Source of the DNA: Candidatus Poribacteria bacterium
Lineage (GTDB): Bacteria > Poribacteria > WGA-4E > WGA-3G
NCBI GenBank assembly: GCA_022821065.1
Contig: JAJEEK010000037.1
Coordinates: 16,642-80,641 of the forward strand
Reading direction: 5' to 3'
Length of the DNA stretch: 64,000 nucleotides
Below are positions 16,137 to 25,226 of this stretch, piece after piece. Every line of letters begins with the position of its first letter. The first letter of the stretch is position 1. Made by a program: the position numbers and the translations under genes. The notes beneath the pieces were generated by a model that was given only the letters and a program-made list of their open reading frames with translations, ran no database searches and had not been told where the DNA came from.

Positions 16137-17429
16137 CTAATTCTGGGTTTTACTATGCTGCAACATTGTCACGATGTCTTTCGGTAACTGAACATTGTTT
16201 TTTTCCTCAAAATCGGCAGCACTCTCGTAGATTTTATGAAATTCAGTGATAATATTTATTTTTAAATTTCTGGCAAAAGTTAGGTCGAATTTCGCACTTT
16301 CCCATTCTTTTAGGTGTAACCACATGATACCGCGAGCAGCGTAGACCTCGGTAAATTTCGGTTTCAGTTCTAAGATCTTATCATAATCCTGAATAGCACA
16401 TTCAAATTTGTCTGTATGGAAGTAAGCCAAAGCGCGTGTGGCATAAACTTCTGGAAACTCTGGATTTAGTTCTATTGCTTTGCTAAAGTCTTCAATAGCC
16501 TTGTCATACTCACCTTTTTTACCGTAAACTTTACCGCGATCATAATAGGTTTCAGCATCATCGGGCCGGAGTTTTATCTCTATACTGAAATCTTCAATGG
16601 CTTTGCTATACTTATCTTTTTCACTATAAAGGGTGCCGCGACAACCATACGCATCGGCATGTTCTGGGTCAAGTTTTATCACCGCGCTAAAATCCGCAAT
16701 AGCTTTGTCATACGCTTCTGTCTCGTCGTAAAGCTTACCGCGATTGTAATATGCATCGGCATAATCGGGGTTGAGTTCTATCGCTTTGGTATAATCTGCG
16801 ATGGCCTTGCCAAAATCAACTTTATCACGGTAAACATTGCCGCGATTGTAATAGGCTTTGGCATAATTAGGTTTTAGCATTATTGCCTCACTGTAGTCTT
16901 TAATGGCTTTGTCATACTCTCCGATATAACTATAAGCGTTGCCGCGCTTAATATAGTCTTCAACCATTTTTGGGTTGAGGGTCAAGGTTGCAGTGTAAAG
17001 TTTAATGTATCCTTCGGCATCTTCCCTATTTTCAATTAGGAGGCGAGAGGGACCACCATTCAACTCTTGGCAGATTCTGGTAAACCCGATCAATCCAGCA
17101 ACTCCGAGTCTATCAACAAGGGCTTGACTTCCTATTTCATAAACCTCAGTATCTGTCATTTCTCGGATTTCGCTTTGAGGTGCAGCAAATCTTTTGGCAC
17201 GTGCGCGTTCTTCTGCTTCTCTTGCTGTCCGTCCATCTTGGATCTGTTGGACGATAGTGTCAATATCTGGTTGGTCGGCTAACAATTTATGCCGGTCGAC
17301 GGAGTAATCGCCTTTACCCGGTTTGCAATACCGAATAAACCGTTGCACCTGAGAGGCACCGAGTTTATCCGTAAGGACTTTACGACTTATTTCATAAAGT
17401 TCATCATCTGTCAGTTCTATTGCGTTCAT
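16137..17429 (-). CDS. TPR-repeat protein with two N-terminal copies of a ~45 aa antitoxin-like module
   Basis: Module 1 is ELTDDELYEISRKVLTDKLGASQVQRFIRYC and module 2 is MTDTEVYEIGSQALVDRLGVAGLIGFTRIC. About 8 TPR units of the AxxYxxRGxxY type follow. The start overlaps the PIN gene by 26 nt. Confidence 0.65.
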   Translation of the reverse strand: MNAIELTDDELYEISRKVLTDKLGASQVQRFIRYCKPGKGDYSVDRHKLLADQPDIDTIVQQIQDGRTAREAEERARAKRFAAPQSEIREMTDTEVYEIGSQALVDRLGVAGLIGFTRICQELNGGPSRLLIENREDAEGYIKLYTATLTLNPKMVEDYIKRGNAYSYIGEYDKAIKDYSEAIMLKPNYAKAYYNRGNVYRDKVDFGKAIADYTKAIELNPDYADAYYNRGKLYDETEAYDKAIADFSAVIKLDPEHADAYGCRGTLYSEKDKYSKAIEDFSIEIKLRPDDAETYYDRGKVYGKKGEYDKAIEDFSKAIELNPEFPEVYATRALAYFHTDKFECAIQDYDKILELKPKFTEVYAARGIMWLHLKEWESAKFDLTFARNLKINIITEFHKIYESAADFEEKNNVQLPKDIVTMLQHSKTQN

Positions 17430-17892
17430 TTTCTGTTATTTCCTGAAGCCATGTAAAGGGATTTTCAACATGGACGTGAAGTTGTGAAGCATCGCGTTTC
17501 GCTTTTCTAAGCAATTTGTCATCTGTTGTGAGAAAGACATCCACAGAACCGCTTTCAGAACAGGCAAGATGCAAAGCATCCAACTCTCCAAAGCTTAATA
17601 CTTCAAGTTGTTTGGATCTTGATTTTTCACCAATTCCAACGGAAACAGCCTGACGCACTTCAGTCAACCACACTTTGATGCGGAGACGTTGATCCGAATC
17701 AGGGATACGATTTATCTCAAAGATCAAAGCATCACTGGAGATCCAGTCCCAACGTCCCGCACGAAACTGAGAAATAATCCAATTGATAGCTTCGGTTTCT
17801 TGCCGGATTCGAGTTTGCGTTTGATTGTCAAAAAAACGGCTCAAGCAACATGTATCAAGATAAATTTTCCAAGGCTGCAAATTGTGCTGCAC
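17404..17892 (-). CDS. PIN-domain nuclease (VapC-like toxin fold)
   Basis: The acidic PIN residues are in the expected contexts: IYLDTCCL (D), SSDALIFE (D/E), ELDALHLA (D) and FLTTDDKLL (DD). Confidence 0.7.
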   Translation of the reverse strand: MQHNLQPWKIYLDTCCLSRFFDNQTQTRIRQETEAINWIISQFRAGRWDWISSDALIFEINRIPDSDQRLRIKVWLTEVRQAVSVGIGEKSRSKQLEVLSFGELDALHLACSESGSVDVFLTTDDKLLRKAKRDASQLHVHVENPFTWLQEITENERNRTDR

Positions 17893-18026
17893 AAGTAGAT
17901 CCAGACTCCGAAACGTGAAACAAAGTAGAATGCTTTAATGGGTTAGTATATCACAACAAAGGAACAGATCAGAGGCATTCAATTTTTAAAACTCCCTGTC
18001 AGAAAAGGTAGATTTGGGTTTCAGAT

Positions 18027-20270
18027 TCACCGCTGTGTTAACATTAACGCGATGTCTTCCGGTAACTGAAGATCATTCTTCTGCTCAAAGTCAGCAACGC
18101 TTTCGTAGTCGTTATAAAATGCAGCAGTAATATCCATTCCCATGTTCTTTGCTTGAGTCAGATCTGCCTTGGCTTTCTCCCATTCTTTTAACTGTAACCA
18201 AGCCTCCCCCCGAGCCCCGTATGCCTCGCCATAATCGGATTTGAGTTTTATCGCAAAACTATAATCCTCTATAGCCTTGCCAAGTTCACCTTTCATACGA
18301 TACGCAACGCCTCGCATACGGTATACTTCAGCATCATTAGGTTCAAGTTTTATTGCTACGTTATAGTCCTCTATTGCTCCGTTAGTTTTACCTGTGATAG
18401 CATAAGCAATACCACGGTTGCTATAGGCTTCGGCATAATCAGGTTTGAGTTCTATTGCTTTGTTAAGGTCTTGTATTCCTTTGTCATACTCGCCTTTGTT
18501 GAGGTAAGCAGCACCACGATTACTATAGGCTTCGGCATAATCGGGTTTGAGTTCTATTGCTTTGTTAAGGTCTTGCATTCCTTTGTCATATTCGCTTTTC
18601 CTAAAGTAAGCGGCACCACGGTTGCTATAGGCTTCGGCGTAATCAGGTTTGAGTTCTATTGCTTTGTTAAGGTCTTGTATTCCCTTGTCATATTCGCTTT
18701 TCCTAAAGTAAGCGGCACCACGGTTGCTATAGGCTTCGGCGTAATCAGGTTTGAGTTCTATTGCTTTGTTAAAATCTTGTATTCCCTTGTCATATTCGCC
18801 TTTGTCAAGGTAAGCGGCACCACGGTTGCTATAGGCTTCGACGTAATCAGATTTGAGTTCTATCGCCTTGCTAAAATTTTGCAAGGCATTGTCAAGTTGA
18901 TTTTTTTTTCCATATTCCACTCCGAGATTGTTATAGGCACTTGCATAATCAGATTTCAGGTTTACTGCCGTGCTAAAGTCTGCAATGGCACGATTAACAT
19001 CGCCTTTATCGCTGTAAGCCATTCCGCGATTGTTATAGGCGTTCACATAATAGGGGTCAAATTCTATCGCTTTGTTATAGTTCTTGATAGCATTGTCAAG
19101 TTCACCTCTCTCGTCATAAACCACGCCTCGATTGTTATAAGCCTTGGAAAACTTTGGATCTAACTTTATTGCTTTATTATAGTCTTCGACCGCCAGATCA
19201 ACCTCACCTATTTCTTTATAAATTAGACCGCGGTTATTATAAGAATCTGCAGATTCCGGTTCCAAATCTATCGCCGTGTTAAAATCTTGGAGAGCACTGT
19301 CGTGCCTACCATTTTTGCCGTAAGCCACTCCACGATTATTATAGGCATTTGCACAATCAGGTTCCAAATCTATCGCTATATTAAAATCTTTGAGAGCTAA
19401 GTCAAATTCACCTTTATCGCGATAAATCGCACCGCGATTATTATAGGCTTCAACACAATCAGGTTTCAATTTTAAGGTTTCGGTGTAATGTGCGAGAGCT
19501 TTTTCATACCAGTTTTGTTTTTCTTTTCTTTCGCTTACTAAGTCTCCTCTGTTTTGATTGATTACCCCTTTACCAAACTCAAGCATAGGATTGAGGTATC
19601 CGCCTAACCATTTTATAAATCCATGGACATCTTTGTAAATCTTTTTGGTAGATATGTTGTGATACTTTTCAAGATGATTTAGGACGGGAAGTTTGAGTTC
19701 TTTTGGAATAACCACCACAAGGTCTGGATTGATAAAACCTTTTGGTGATCGGAGGAGTACACTTTTTTGGGATTCCACCCGTTTAATTGCTTCTGAAGGT
19801 GTTTCCGATTGGTAATCTTCTGACTCTCTTTTTTGTAAGATAACCCGGCCATCTTTGTGGTAGGATCTATCGCAGGCAAAAAAGAGAGCAATCAGGTAGT
19901 CAGTTGTGAAGTCTATAAGATTGGTCTTTCCACCATAGTGTTGGAGTTGTGCTAAGATTTCAAAATCACTGATTGTTTCGCTGCCAACTTCATACAAATA
20001 CTCTTTTGCCGCTTCCAAAGTCCCCTTTTCCATTTTCTCAATCTGAGGTTCAATAATTTTACGGTACTCTTCTATACCCTCTTCCATTATAGCATCAGTC
20101 AATAATGCGCGATATAGATTTGAGGAAACCTTTCCATGGTAAGGATGTTCTTTATACTCTTCCGGTTCACCCCGATAGATGTAGTCTCCATCAGCGGATT
20201 TTTTTATTATTTCTTGAATCTTTTCCAAAACGCTATCAAGATTCTCTTGGATAGTGGATTCACCGTTCAT
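18027..20270 (-). CDS. FRG-domain protein fused to a long TPR array
   Basis: The N-terminal region contains LAQLQHYGGKTNLIDFTTDYLIALFFAC, which matches the FRG-domain core motif. About 14 TPR units follow. The C-terminal ~50 aa are shared with the 16137-17429 protein. Start set at ATG 20270, preceded by GGGAGAGAG. Confidence 0.65.
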   Translation of the reverse strand: MNGESTIQENLDSVLEKIQEIIKKSADGDYIYRGEPEEYKEHPYHGKVSSNLYRALLTDAIMEEGIEEYRKIIEPQIEKMEKGTLEAAKEYLYEVGSETISDFEILAQLQHYGGKTNLIDFTTDYLIALFFACDRSYHKDGRVILQKRESEDYQSETPSEAIKRVESQKSVLLRSPKGFINPDLVVVIPKELKLPVLNHLEKYHNISTKKIYKDVHGFIKWLGGYLNPMLEFGKGVINQNRGDLVSERKEKQNWYEKALAHYTETLKLKPDCVEAYNNRGAIYRDKGEFDLALKDFNIAIDLEPDCANAYNNRGVAYGKNGRHDSALQDFNTAIDLEPESADSYNNRGLIYKEIGEVDLAVEDYNKAIKLDPKFSKAYNNRGVVYDERGELDNAIKNYNKAIEFDPYYVNAYNNRGMAYSDKGDVNRAIADFSTAVNLKSDYASAYNNLGVEYGKKNQLDNALQNFSKAIELKSDYVEAYSNRGAAYLDKGEYDKGIQDFNKAIELKPDYAEAYSNRGAAYFRKSEYDKGIQDLNKAIELKPDYAEAYSNRGAAYFRKSEYDKGMQDLNKAIELKPDYAEAYSNRGAAYLNKGEYDKGIQDLNKAIELKPDYAEAYSNRGIAYAITGKTNGAIEDYNVAIKLEPNDAEVYRMRGVAYRMKGELGKAIEDYSFAIKLKSDYGEAYGARGEAWLQLKEWEKAKADLTQAKNMGMDITAAFYNDYESVADFEQKNDLQLPEDIALMLTQR
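18410..18930. repeat. Near-identical 102 bp (34-codon) tandem repeats inside the FRG-TPR gene (about 5 units)
   Basis: CTATAGGCTTCGGC recurs at about 18421, 18523, 18624, 18726 and 18828. The encoded units AIELKPDYAEAYSNRGAAYFRKSEYDKGIQDLNK are almost identical. Confidence 0.85.
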
Positions 20271-20406
20271 TACTCTCTCCCGCAAGTGCAATTTTGTTCT
20301 ACATTGAAACAACACTTGTTCACTACAAAGGTACCAATTGAATTGTCCACCAAATTAAACTTATCCCAATCGTGCAGTCGCTATGCATTTTCACGATTTG
20401 GCTTCA

Positions 20407-20700
20407 TTAGATTATTGGATCCATAAAACTCGAAGTTTCAAGTCTTCCACTCCAAGAAACACGCTCTTTAAAGTCTGAAAAAGCAGAAGGATCTACAGAA
20501 AATCGAGGATTTACGATTTTGGTTCCTATATGAATAGCCGGGACCAACTGTGTAGCGACTTCTACGTTCGTAATGAATTCGCGCCGAAATGCCTCTTCAG
20601 CTTCAGCGACGGCTTCATCTTCAGTCTGATTTTCGTAATAATCAATGATCTTTTGCACACGTTCTTCATTCCAGCCAGGGGGGAATTTATTCTGTTTCAT
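20407..20700 (-). CDS. Putative antitoxin-like small protein
   Basis: PPGWNEERVQKIIDYYENQTEDEAVAEAEEAF is a motif I associate with small partners of BrnT-like toxins. It overlaps the upstream ORF by 4 nt. The C-terminal half looks atypical. Confidence 0.35.
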   Translation of the reverse strand: MKQNKFPPGWNEERVQKIIDYYENQTEDEAVAEAEEAFRREFITNVEVATQLVPAIHIGTKIVNPRFSVDPSAFSDFKERVSWSGRLETSSFMDPII

Positions 20701-20984
20701 CGTCTGCCTCTCCTTCGTTGTCGCCGGCGGTAAGCCGTTAAAGGTTTTCCTTTCAATTCGTAAGCTGTAATTACAAAAACACTATTGGGTTGCGGATCTC
20801 TAACGTAAATTACTTGCAAGTAGCGTCCACTTTGTGTTTGACCAATGGCAATTCTTGAGTTATCACGCCCTGCCCAATCTTCGCTAGGATTCAGTAAAAT
20901 ATCTTCAATCTCATCTTCATCAACATTATGGTTATAAATATGAGGCAAGCCAGTGTCTTGATCAGTGTTAAAGCGGATATTCAT
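20697..20984 (-). CDS. Putative BrnT/DUF497-like toxin
   Basis: The 95 aa product has HNVDEDEIEDIL...RIAIGQTQSGRYLQVIYVRD...VFVITAYEL and a basic tail. The 4-nt overlap with the downstream ORF gives a typical type II TA layout. Confidence 0.35.
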   Translation of the reverse strand: MNIRFNTDQDTGLPHIYNHNVDEDEIEDILLNPSEDWAGRDNSRIAIGQTQSGRYLQVIYVRDPQPNSVFVITAYELKGKPLTAYRRRQRRRGRR

Positions 20985-21284
20985 TTACTGTTCCTTGAAT
21001 TAGTGTTCGTGCCTCATTTTTCTTGCACAGAACCATCAGAGTTAAGTATAGCATAACACACACCACATCGCAAACTGTTTCTGATGGAGAAAACATAAAT
21101 TCCACTAATAGAAAAAAATATGGTATACTGCAACCGACTCTAACCCAAAGACGCTATTGATTTGCCACGTTTAAAATGATAGGTTAGATTGACTGAATAG
21201 TTGGGTTTCACTACGTTCAACCCAACCTACAAACCATCAAAATAATCATGACGGAACACCACACTCTTATCAGGGTAAAAAATT

Positions 21285-23177
21285 ATGTTTCCTACGATTG
21301 AAGCACAGACGCAACTCCAGACACCACCAGCATGGGCAGTGCTTGAACGTCAACTTATTGATAAAATGAATGCGGCGGGACCGCAGGTCTTGGAGAGATA
21401 TACACGCCCAGATGGCACGCTGTTCTGGCCGACAAACCCGGATTTTCAGAGTATCGACGGACTCGACGATGCCTATGAGAGTTTTCATAACTGGCCCCTC
21501 TTTTATATGCTCGGTGGCGACGCGCAATTTTTGGTCGATGCGGATATGGAATTTGATGTTATCACAAACGATATGGCACGATATGGTACCGGTCACGGTT
21601 ATCCGATGGTCGTGAAGGAATATCAACCCGGTTACGACTGGTTTCATCAAGGCGAAGGGAACTATCTCTTTTATATACTCTGTATGGCGGATCCGTCAAA
21701 CGCGAAGCATATCGAGCGCGCGAAACGGTTTGCTGGGTTCTTCATGAACGAAGACCCTGATGCTGAAAACTACGACAAACAGCATAGGATTATCAAATGT
21801 GCGATGAACGGCAGTCAGGGAGCGGCGTTTTGGGCGTTCGGTGGACATCCGTATTGGCCCTGGGATGGCTACAATATGCCGTTCTACGATGTACCGGGAT
21901 GCACGAGTCATGAAGCGGTACGAGAAAACGAAGCGTTGCGCGTCCGCATGGGGCAGCTGATCTGTGAGCGGCAAGGTGTTGGGGATTCAGTCGTCAACCT
22001 CGCAGCGACAACGCTTGCTACGAATGCCTATCTGCTGACTGGTCAAGAGAAATATAAGGCGTGGGTGACGGAATACGTTGACGCATGGATAGCACGCACG
22101 GAGCAGAACGGCGGTATCGTCCCTGATAACGTCGGACTTACGGGAAAGATTGGCGAACATATAGACGGTAAGTGGTACGGCTCTTATTACGGTTGGAGTT
22201 GGCCCCACGGATGGCATAGCGTCGGGCAAGCGGTCAGTATTGCTGGACAGAATGCGGCGTTGCTTTGGCGAGACTTGGCGTACCTTGATTTCCCACGCTC
22301 CCAGATTGACGTTTTAATCGAGCAGGGGATTGAGAGAAACGATCAACTCTATGTGCCACAGAAGTACGGCGATCCGGGGAAGGTTAACTATGTCCCTGGG
22401 GCTTGGCTGCAATATCCGATTACAAACGAAGATGGAACGGCTTTGCAAGTGGACGGTTGGTTTGAATTTATGCCGATGCACGCCTCGGATGTTGCACACC
22501 TATGGGCACTGTCAATGGATCCGGCGGATCAAAAACGGGCAGAGAACATCTCGAAAAAGACGGGTTCAAAATTCGATATTAACGCGTGGCATCATACGAA
22601 GGATAGCGGCGGACACGACGGATCATGGCTTGCGTATATCCGGGGTGAATATCCAGAGTATCCAGAAGCGATCCTCAATTACAACCTTTCGCAGGTTGAG
22701 GCACGTCTTGATTTTATGGCGAACGATGAAGAGGATCCGGCGAACTATGGAGATGCGTATTTTCAAAGGCGTAACCCGATCACGTGTGAAGGACTGGTGC
22801 AACTGACCTGCGGGGGTCCATTGCCACACTATAACGGTGGGTTGCTCGTGACGCGGTTACGGCATTTTGACGGACAACGAAAGCGGCCCGGGCTGCCACC
22901 GGATGTCGGTGCCTTGATTACCGAAATGACAGCGGACACGACGGAGCTGCGGCTCGTCAATCTTAACACGACGGAACGGCGAGAAGTTATTGTGCAAGCC
23001 GGTGCGATGGGGGAACATAATTTTAGTTCAGTGCGTGTCAAAGACAGTCAAAATGGACAAGCGACATCGGTCAATGGAACGTATTTCCGTGTTCAGCTGC
23101 CGCCGAATACAGAAATTGATTTAGAATTGGGGATGGAGCGTTTTGTGAATGCGCCGTCATATAGGTATCCGTGGTAA
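21285..23177 (+). CDS. Conserved hypothetical protein (630 aa), no domain recognised
   Basis: This is a long uninterrupted ORF with ordinary composition. I could not name a motif with confidence. It may be a glycan-active alpha/alpha-barrel type, but that is unsupported. Confidence 0.45.
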   Translation: MFPTIEAQTQLQTPPAWAVLERQLIDKMNAAGPQVLERYTRPDGTLFWPTNPDFQSIDGLDDAYESFHNWPLFYMLGGDAQFLVDADMEFDVITNDMARYGTGHGYPMVVKEYQPGYDWFHQGEGNYLFYILCMADPSNAKHIERAKRFAGFFMNEDPDAENYDKQHRIIKCAMNGSQGAAFWAFGGHPYWPWDGYNMPFYDVPGCTSHEAVRENEALRVRMGQLICERQGVGDSVVNLAATTLATNAYLLTGQEKYKAWVTEYVDAWIARTEQNGGIVPDNVGLTGKIGEHIDGKWYGSYYGWSWPHGWHSVGQAVSIAGQNAALLWRDLAYLDFPRSQIDVLIEQGIERNDQLYVPQKYGDPGKVNYVPGAWLQYPITNEDGTALQVDGWFEFMPMHASDVAHLWALSMDPADQKRAENISKKTGSKFDINAWHHTKDSGGHDGSWLAYIRGEYPEYPEAILNYNLSQVEARLDFMANDEEDPANYGDAYFQRRNPITCEGLVQLTCGGPLPHYNGGLLVTRLRHFDGQRKRPGLPPDVGALITEMTADTTELRLVNLNTTERREVIVQAGAMGEHNFSSVRVKDSQNGQATSVNGTYFRVQLPPNTEIDLELGMERFVNAPSYRYPW

Positions 23178-23207
23178 AACAAGGGATAATGAATAAGTCC
23201 TAAAGAA

Positions 23208-23462
23208 TTAGGATCTAATCAGACGTTCATATTCATCATGCTTACCAATCCAAATCCAAGTAAAATCATTATCATCTTTAATAGCAAGTGCTCTATAAGC
23301 CTCTCCTACACGAACAGACCAATACTTGCCAACTTTCTTAAAATGGAGAGATAAGTGTCGAGGATTTGCTTTGAGCAAATCGAAATTTTGTCTTGCAACC
23401 CTTTGCACAGGTTCTGGAAGCTGCTGAAGATGTCTCCAGAAACGCGATGTTGTTCTATGCAC
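23208..23462 (-). CDS. RelE/ParE-superfamily type II toxin
   Basis: The 84 aa product has LPEPVQRVARQNFDLLKANPRHLSLHFKKVGKYWSVRVGEAYRALAI...WIWIGKHDEYERLI, a typical RelE/ParE-like pattern. It directly abuts the upstream small ORF. Confidence 0.65.
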   Translation of the reverse strand: MHRTTSRFWRHLQQLPEPVQRVARQNFDLLKANPRHLSLHFKKVGKYWSVRVGEAYRALAIKDDNDFTWIWIGKHDEYERLIRS

Positions 23463-23663
23463 CTAAAGATCCTTGAGCGTTCCTTTCTCTTTTTCTTCGA
23501 GAGCCTCAGCAATTAGGAAATCCAATTTTCCTGCGTCTGAATCCGCTTCGATTTCTTGGTCCCATTTTTCCCAATCTAATTCGTTGAACCACTGTCGTAA
23601 TTGTTTGTACTCAGCTTCAGGAAGCGCGAGAATTTGTTGTTGAATTTTCGTAAGACGTGACAT
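23463..23663 (-). CDS. Cognate antitoxin (small acidic helical protein)
   Basis: MSRLTKIQQQILALPEAEYKQLRQWFNELDWEKWDQEIE... Its stop codon is immediately adjacent to the toxin ATG. Start inferred at the internal ATG. Confidence 0.5.
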   Translation of the reverse strand: MSRLTKIQQQILALPEAEYKQLRQWFNELDWEKWDQEIEADSDAGKLDFLIAEALEEKEKGTLKDL

Positions 23664-23737
23664 TATGCTTTCTCCTTTTGTTACAAATCGTCTCATAAAT
23701 ATGAAATTAGAACCTCGCCAACGAAGGAACATAAAAT

Positions 23738-25213
23738 TTATGCCCAGCGTTCAACGACGACTTTCTTTTGCGTGAAGAAGTCTACGGCATCCCAACTCTG
23801 ACCGTGGAGGTCGCCGAAGAAGCTGTCCTTCCACCCGCTGAATGGGAAGAACGCCATCGGTGCGGCGACACCGATGTTAATGCCGATATTTCCGATCTCT
23901 GCTTCGTAACGGAATTTTCGGGCAGATGCGCCGCTCCGCGTAAAGAGACACGCCATATTACCGTAGCTGCCGCTATTGATTAGTTCGATGGCATCGTCAA
24001 TCGTTTCGACGTGAATGAGTCCTAAAACGGGTCCGAAGATTTCAGTTTTCGCGATTTCGCCTTGTGGGTTGAGGTCGTTAAGGATTGTCGGACGGATGAA
24101 GTTGCCGTTCTCGCCCCCGGGTATACTCGGATACCTCCCATCGACGAGGAGTTGCGCGCCTTCATCTGTGCCTGCCTGAATGAGTCCTTCGATTCGTTTC
24201 CTGCTTTCAGGGGTGATGACGGGCCCCATTTCGGTCCCCTCTTCTAGCCCGTTTCCGACGACTCGATTGGTAGCGGTGTCTGCGATGGCTTCTGTGAACC
24301 AGTTCCGCGCGGCACCGACTGTAAGTGTGAGTGACGCGGCAAGACAGCGTTGACCTGCGCACCCGAACGCGCTCTCTGCTGTGGCGTTAACGGTGAACTC
24401 TGGGTCAGCATCTGGGAGAACAATCAATGGATTCTTGGCACCGCCTTGGCACTGGACACGCTTCCCGTTCGCAGCGGCTTTTGCATAGATGGCTTTCGCT
24501 GTTTCGGTTGCACCGACAAAGCTAATGGCCCGGATGTCTGGGTGTGTCAAGATGGCATCTACAGTCTCACGTCCGCCGTTGACGAGGTTAACCACGCCTT
24601 TGGGGAGTCCGGTTTGTTCGAGGAGTTGGAACACCTTTTGCATGGTGATGGGTACTTTTTCGGACGGTTTGACGATGTAGGTATTTCCACAGGCAATCGC
24701 GTAGGGTAGAAACCAGAAGGTAATCATCCCAGGAAAGTTGAAAGGTGCGATAGCGGCACAAACACCAACGGGTTGACGAATCATGAATTCATCAATACCG
24801 GTTGCGATATCCTCAAGGTTTGTGCCTTGCATAAGCGTGGGAATACCGCAGGCGACCTCGACGTTTTCGATGGCGCGTCGCATTTCGCCCTTCGCCTCAT
24901 CAAGTGTTTTACCGCATTCCAACGTGATTGTTCTGGCGATGTCCTCCAGATTTTCTTCAAGGAGATTTTTCAAGGCAAAAAGATATTGGATGCGTTGGAC
25001 AGGTGGTGTCCGTCGCCATTCGTGGAGTGCTTCTGCGGCAGCAATCGCGGCTTGATGTACCTCTTCGGTTGGTGAAAGCGGGACTCGTGTGAGTACCGCT
25101 CCGGTCGCTGGGTTCGTAACATCCAGCAGTTCATTCGCTTCCGATTTCTGCCATTCGTTATTAATATAGTTTGGCAGTGGTGTTTGGACCGTGGGTTCGG
25201 TGGTTTCAGGCAT
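23738..25213 (-). CDS. mmsA: CoA-acylating methylmalonate-semialdehyde dehydrogenase (aldehyde dehydrogenase family)
   Basis: It has the ALDH fold with catalytic Cys context [10 protein letters not shown] and EIFGPVL. The N-terminus [10 protein letters not shown]...DVTNPATG and C-terminus [12 protein letters not shown] match MmsA/IolA. Confidence 0.8.
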   Translation of the reverse strand: MPETTEPTVQTPLPNYINNEWQKSEANELLDVTNPATGAVLTRVPLSPTEEVHQAAIAAAEALHEWRRTPPVQRIQYLFALKNLLEENLEDIARTITLECGKTLDEAKGEMRRAIENVEVACGIPTLMQGTNLEDIATGIDEFMIRQPVGVCAAIAPFNFPGMITFWFLPYAIACGNTYIVKPSEKVPITMQKVFQLLEQTGLPKGVVNLVNGGRETVDAILTHPDIRAISFVGATETAKAIYAKAAANGKRVQCQGGAKNPLIVLPDADPEFTVNATAESAFGCAGQRCLAASLTLTVGAARNWFTEAIADTATNRVVGNGLEEGTEMGPVITPESRKRIEGLIQAGTDEGAQLLVDGRYPSIPGGENGNFIRPTILNDLNPQGEIAKTEIFGPVLGLIHVETIDDAIELINSGSYGNMACLFTRSGASARKFRYEAEIGNIGINIGVAAPMAFFPFSGWKDSFFGDLHGQSWDAVDFFTQKKVVVERWA

Positions 25214-25226
25214 CTGACATCCTCCG

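Noticed and set aside
18410-18930. Regular ~102 bp periodicity that could be mistaken for a CRISPR array.
   Set aside because: The whole period is repeated, so there are no unique spacers. It is in frame within a long ORF, encodes canonical 34-aa TPR units, and no cas genes are nearby.
18471-19163. 230 aa plus-strand ORF (also 2138-2500, 3441-3839 and similar) lying antisense to large minus-strand genes.
   Set aside because: It lies entirely inside the FRG-TPR gene on the opposite strand. Its periodic low-complexity sequence (FEFYCFVKVL...) is simply the reverse-frame reading of the 102 bp repeats. It has no RBS and no independent signal.
23186-23216. AAGTCCTAAAGAATTAGGATCT, which looks like two facing MITE ends (a possible excision footprint or minimal element).
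   Set aside because: Only about 8-13 nt match the element termini. The second arm is part of the RelE-like toxin coding sequence and stop codon, and no target duplication is evident. It is noted as a possible remnant only.
13973-25213. Possible myo-inositol catabolic (iol) operon, based on an iolG-like dehydrogenase, an IolE-like TIM barrel and mmsA/iolA.
   Set aside because: The genes are scattered, being separated by the TPR/PIN/TA island. IolB, IolC and IolD are not present. The Gfo/Idh/MocA and TIM-barrel families are too broad to assign a substrate from motifs alone.
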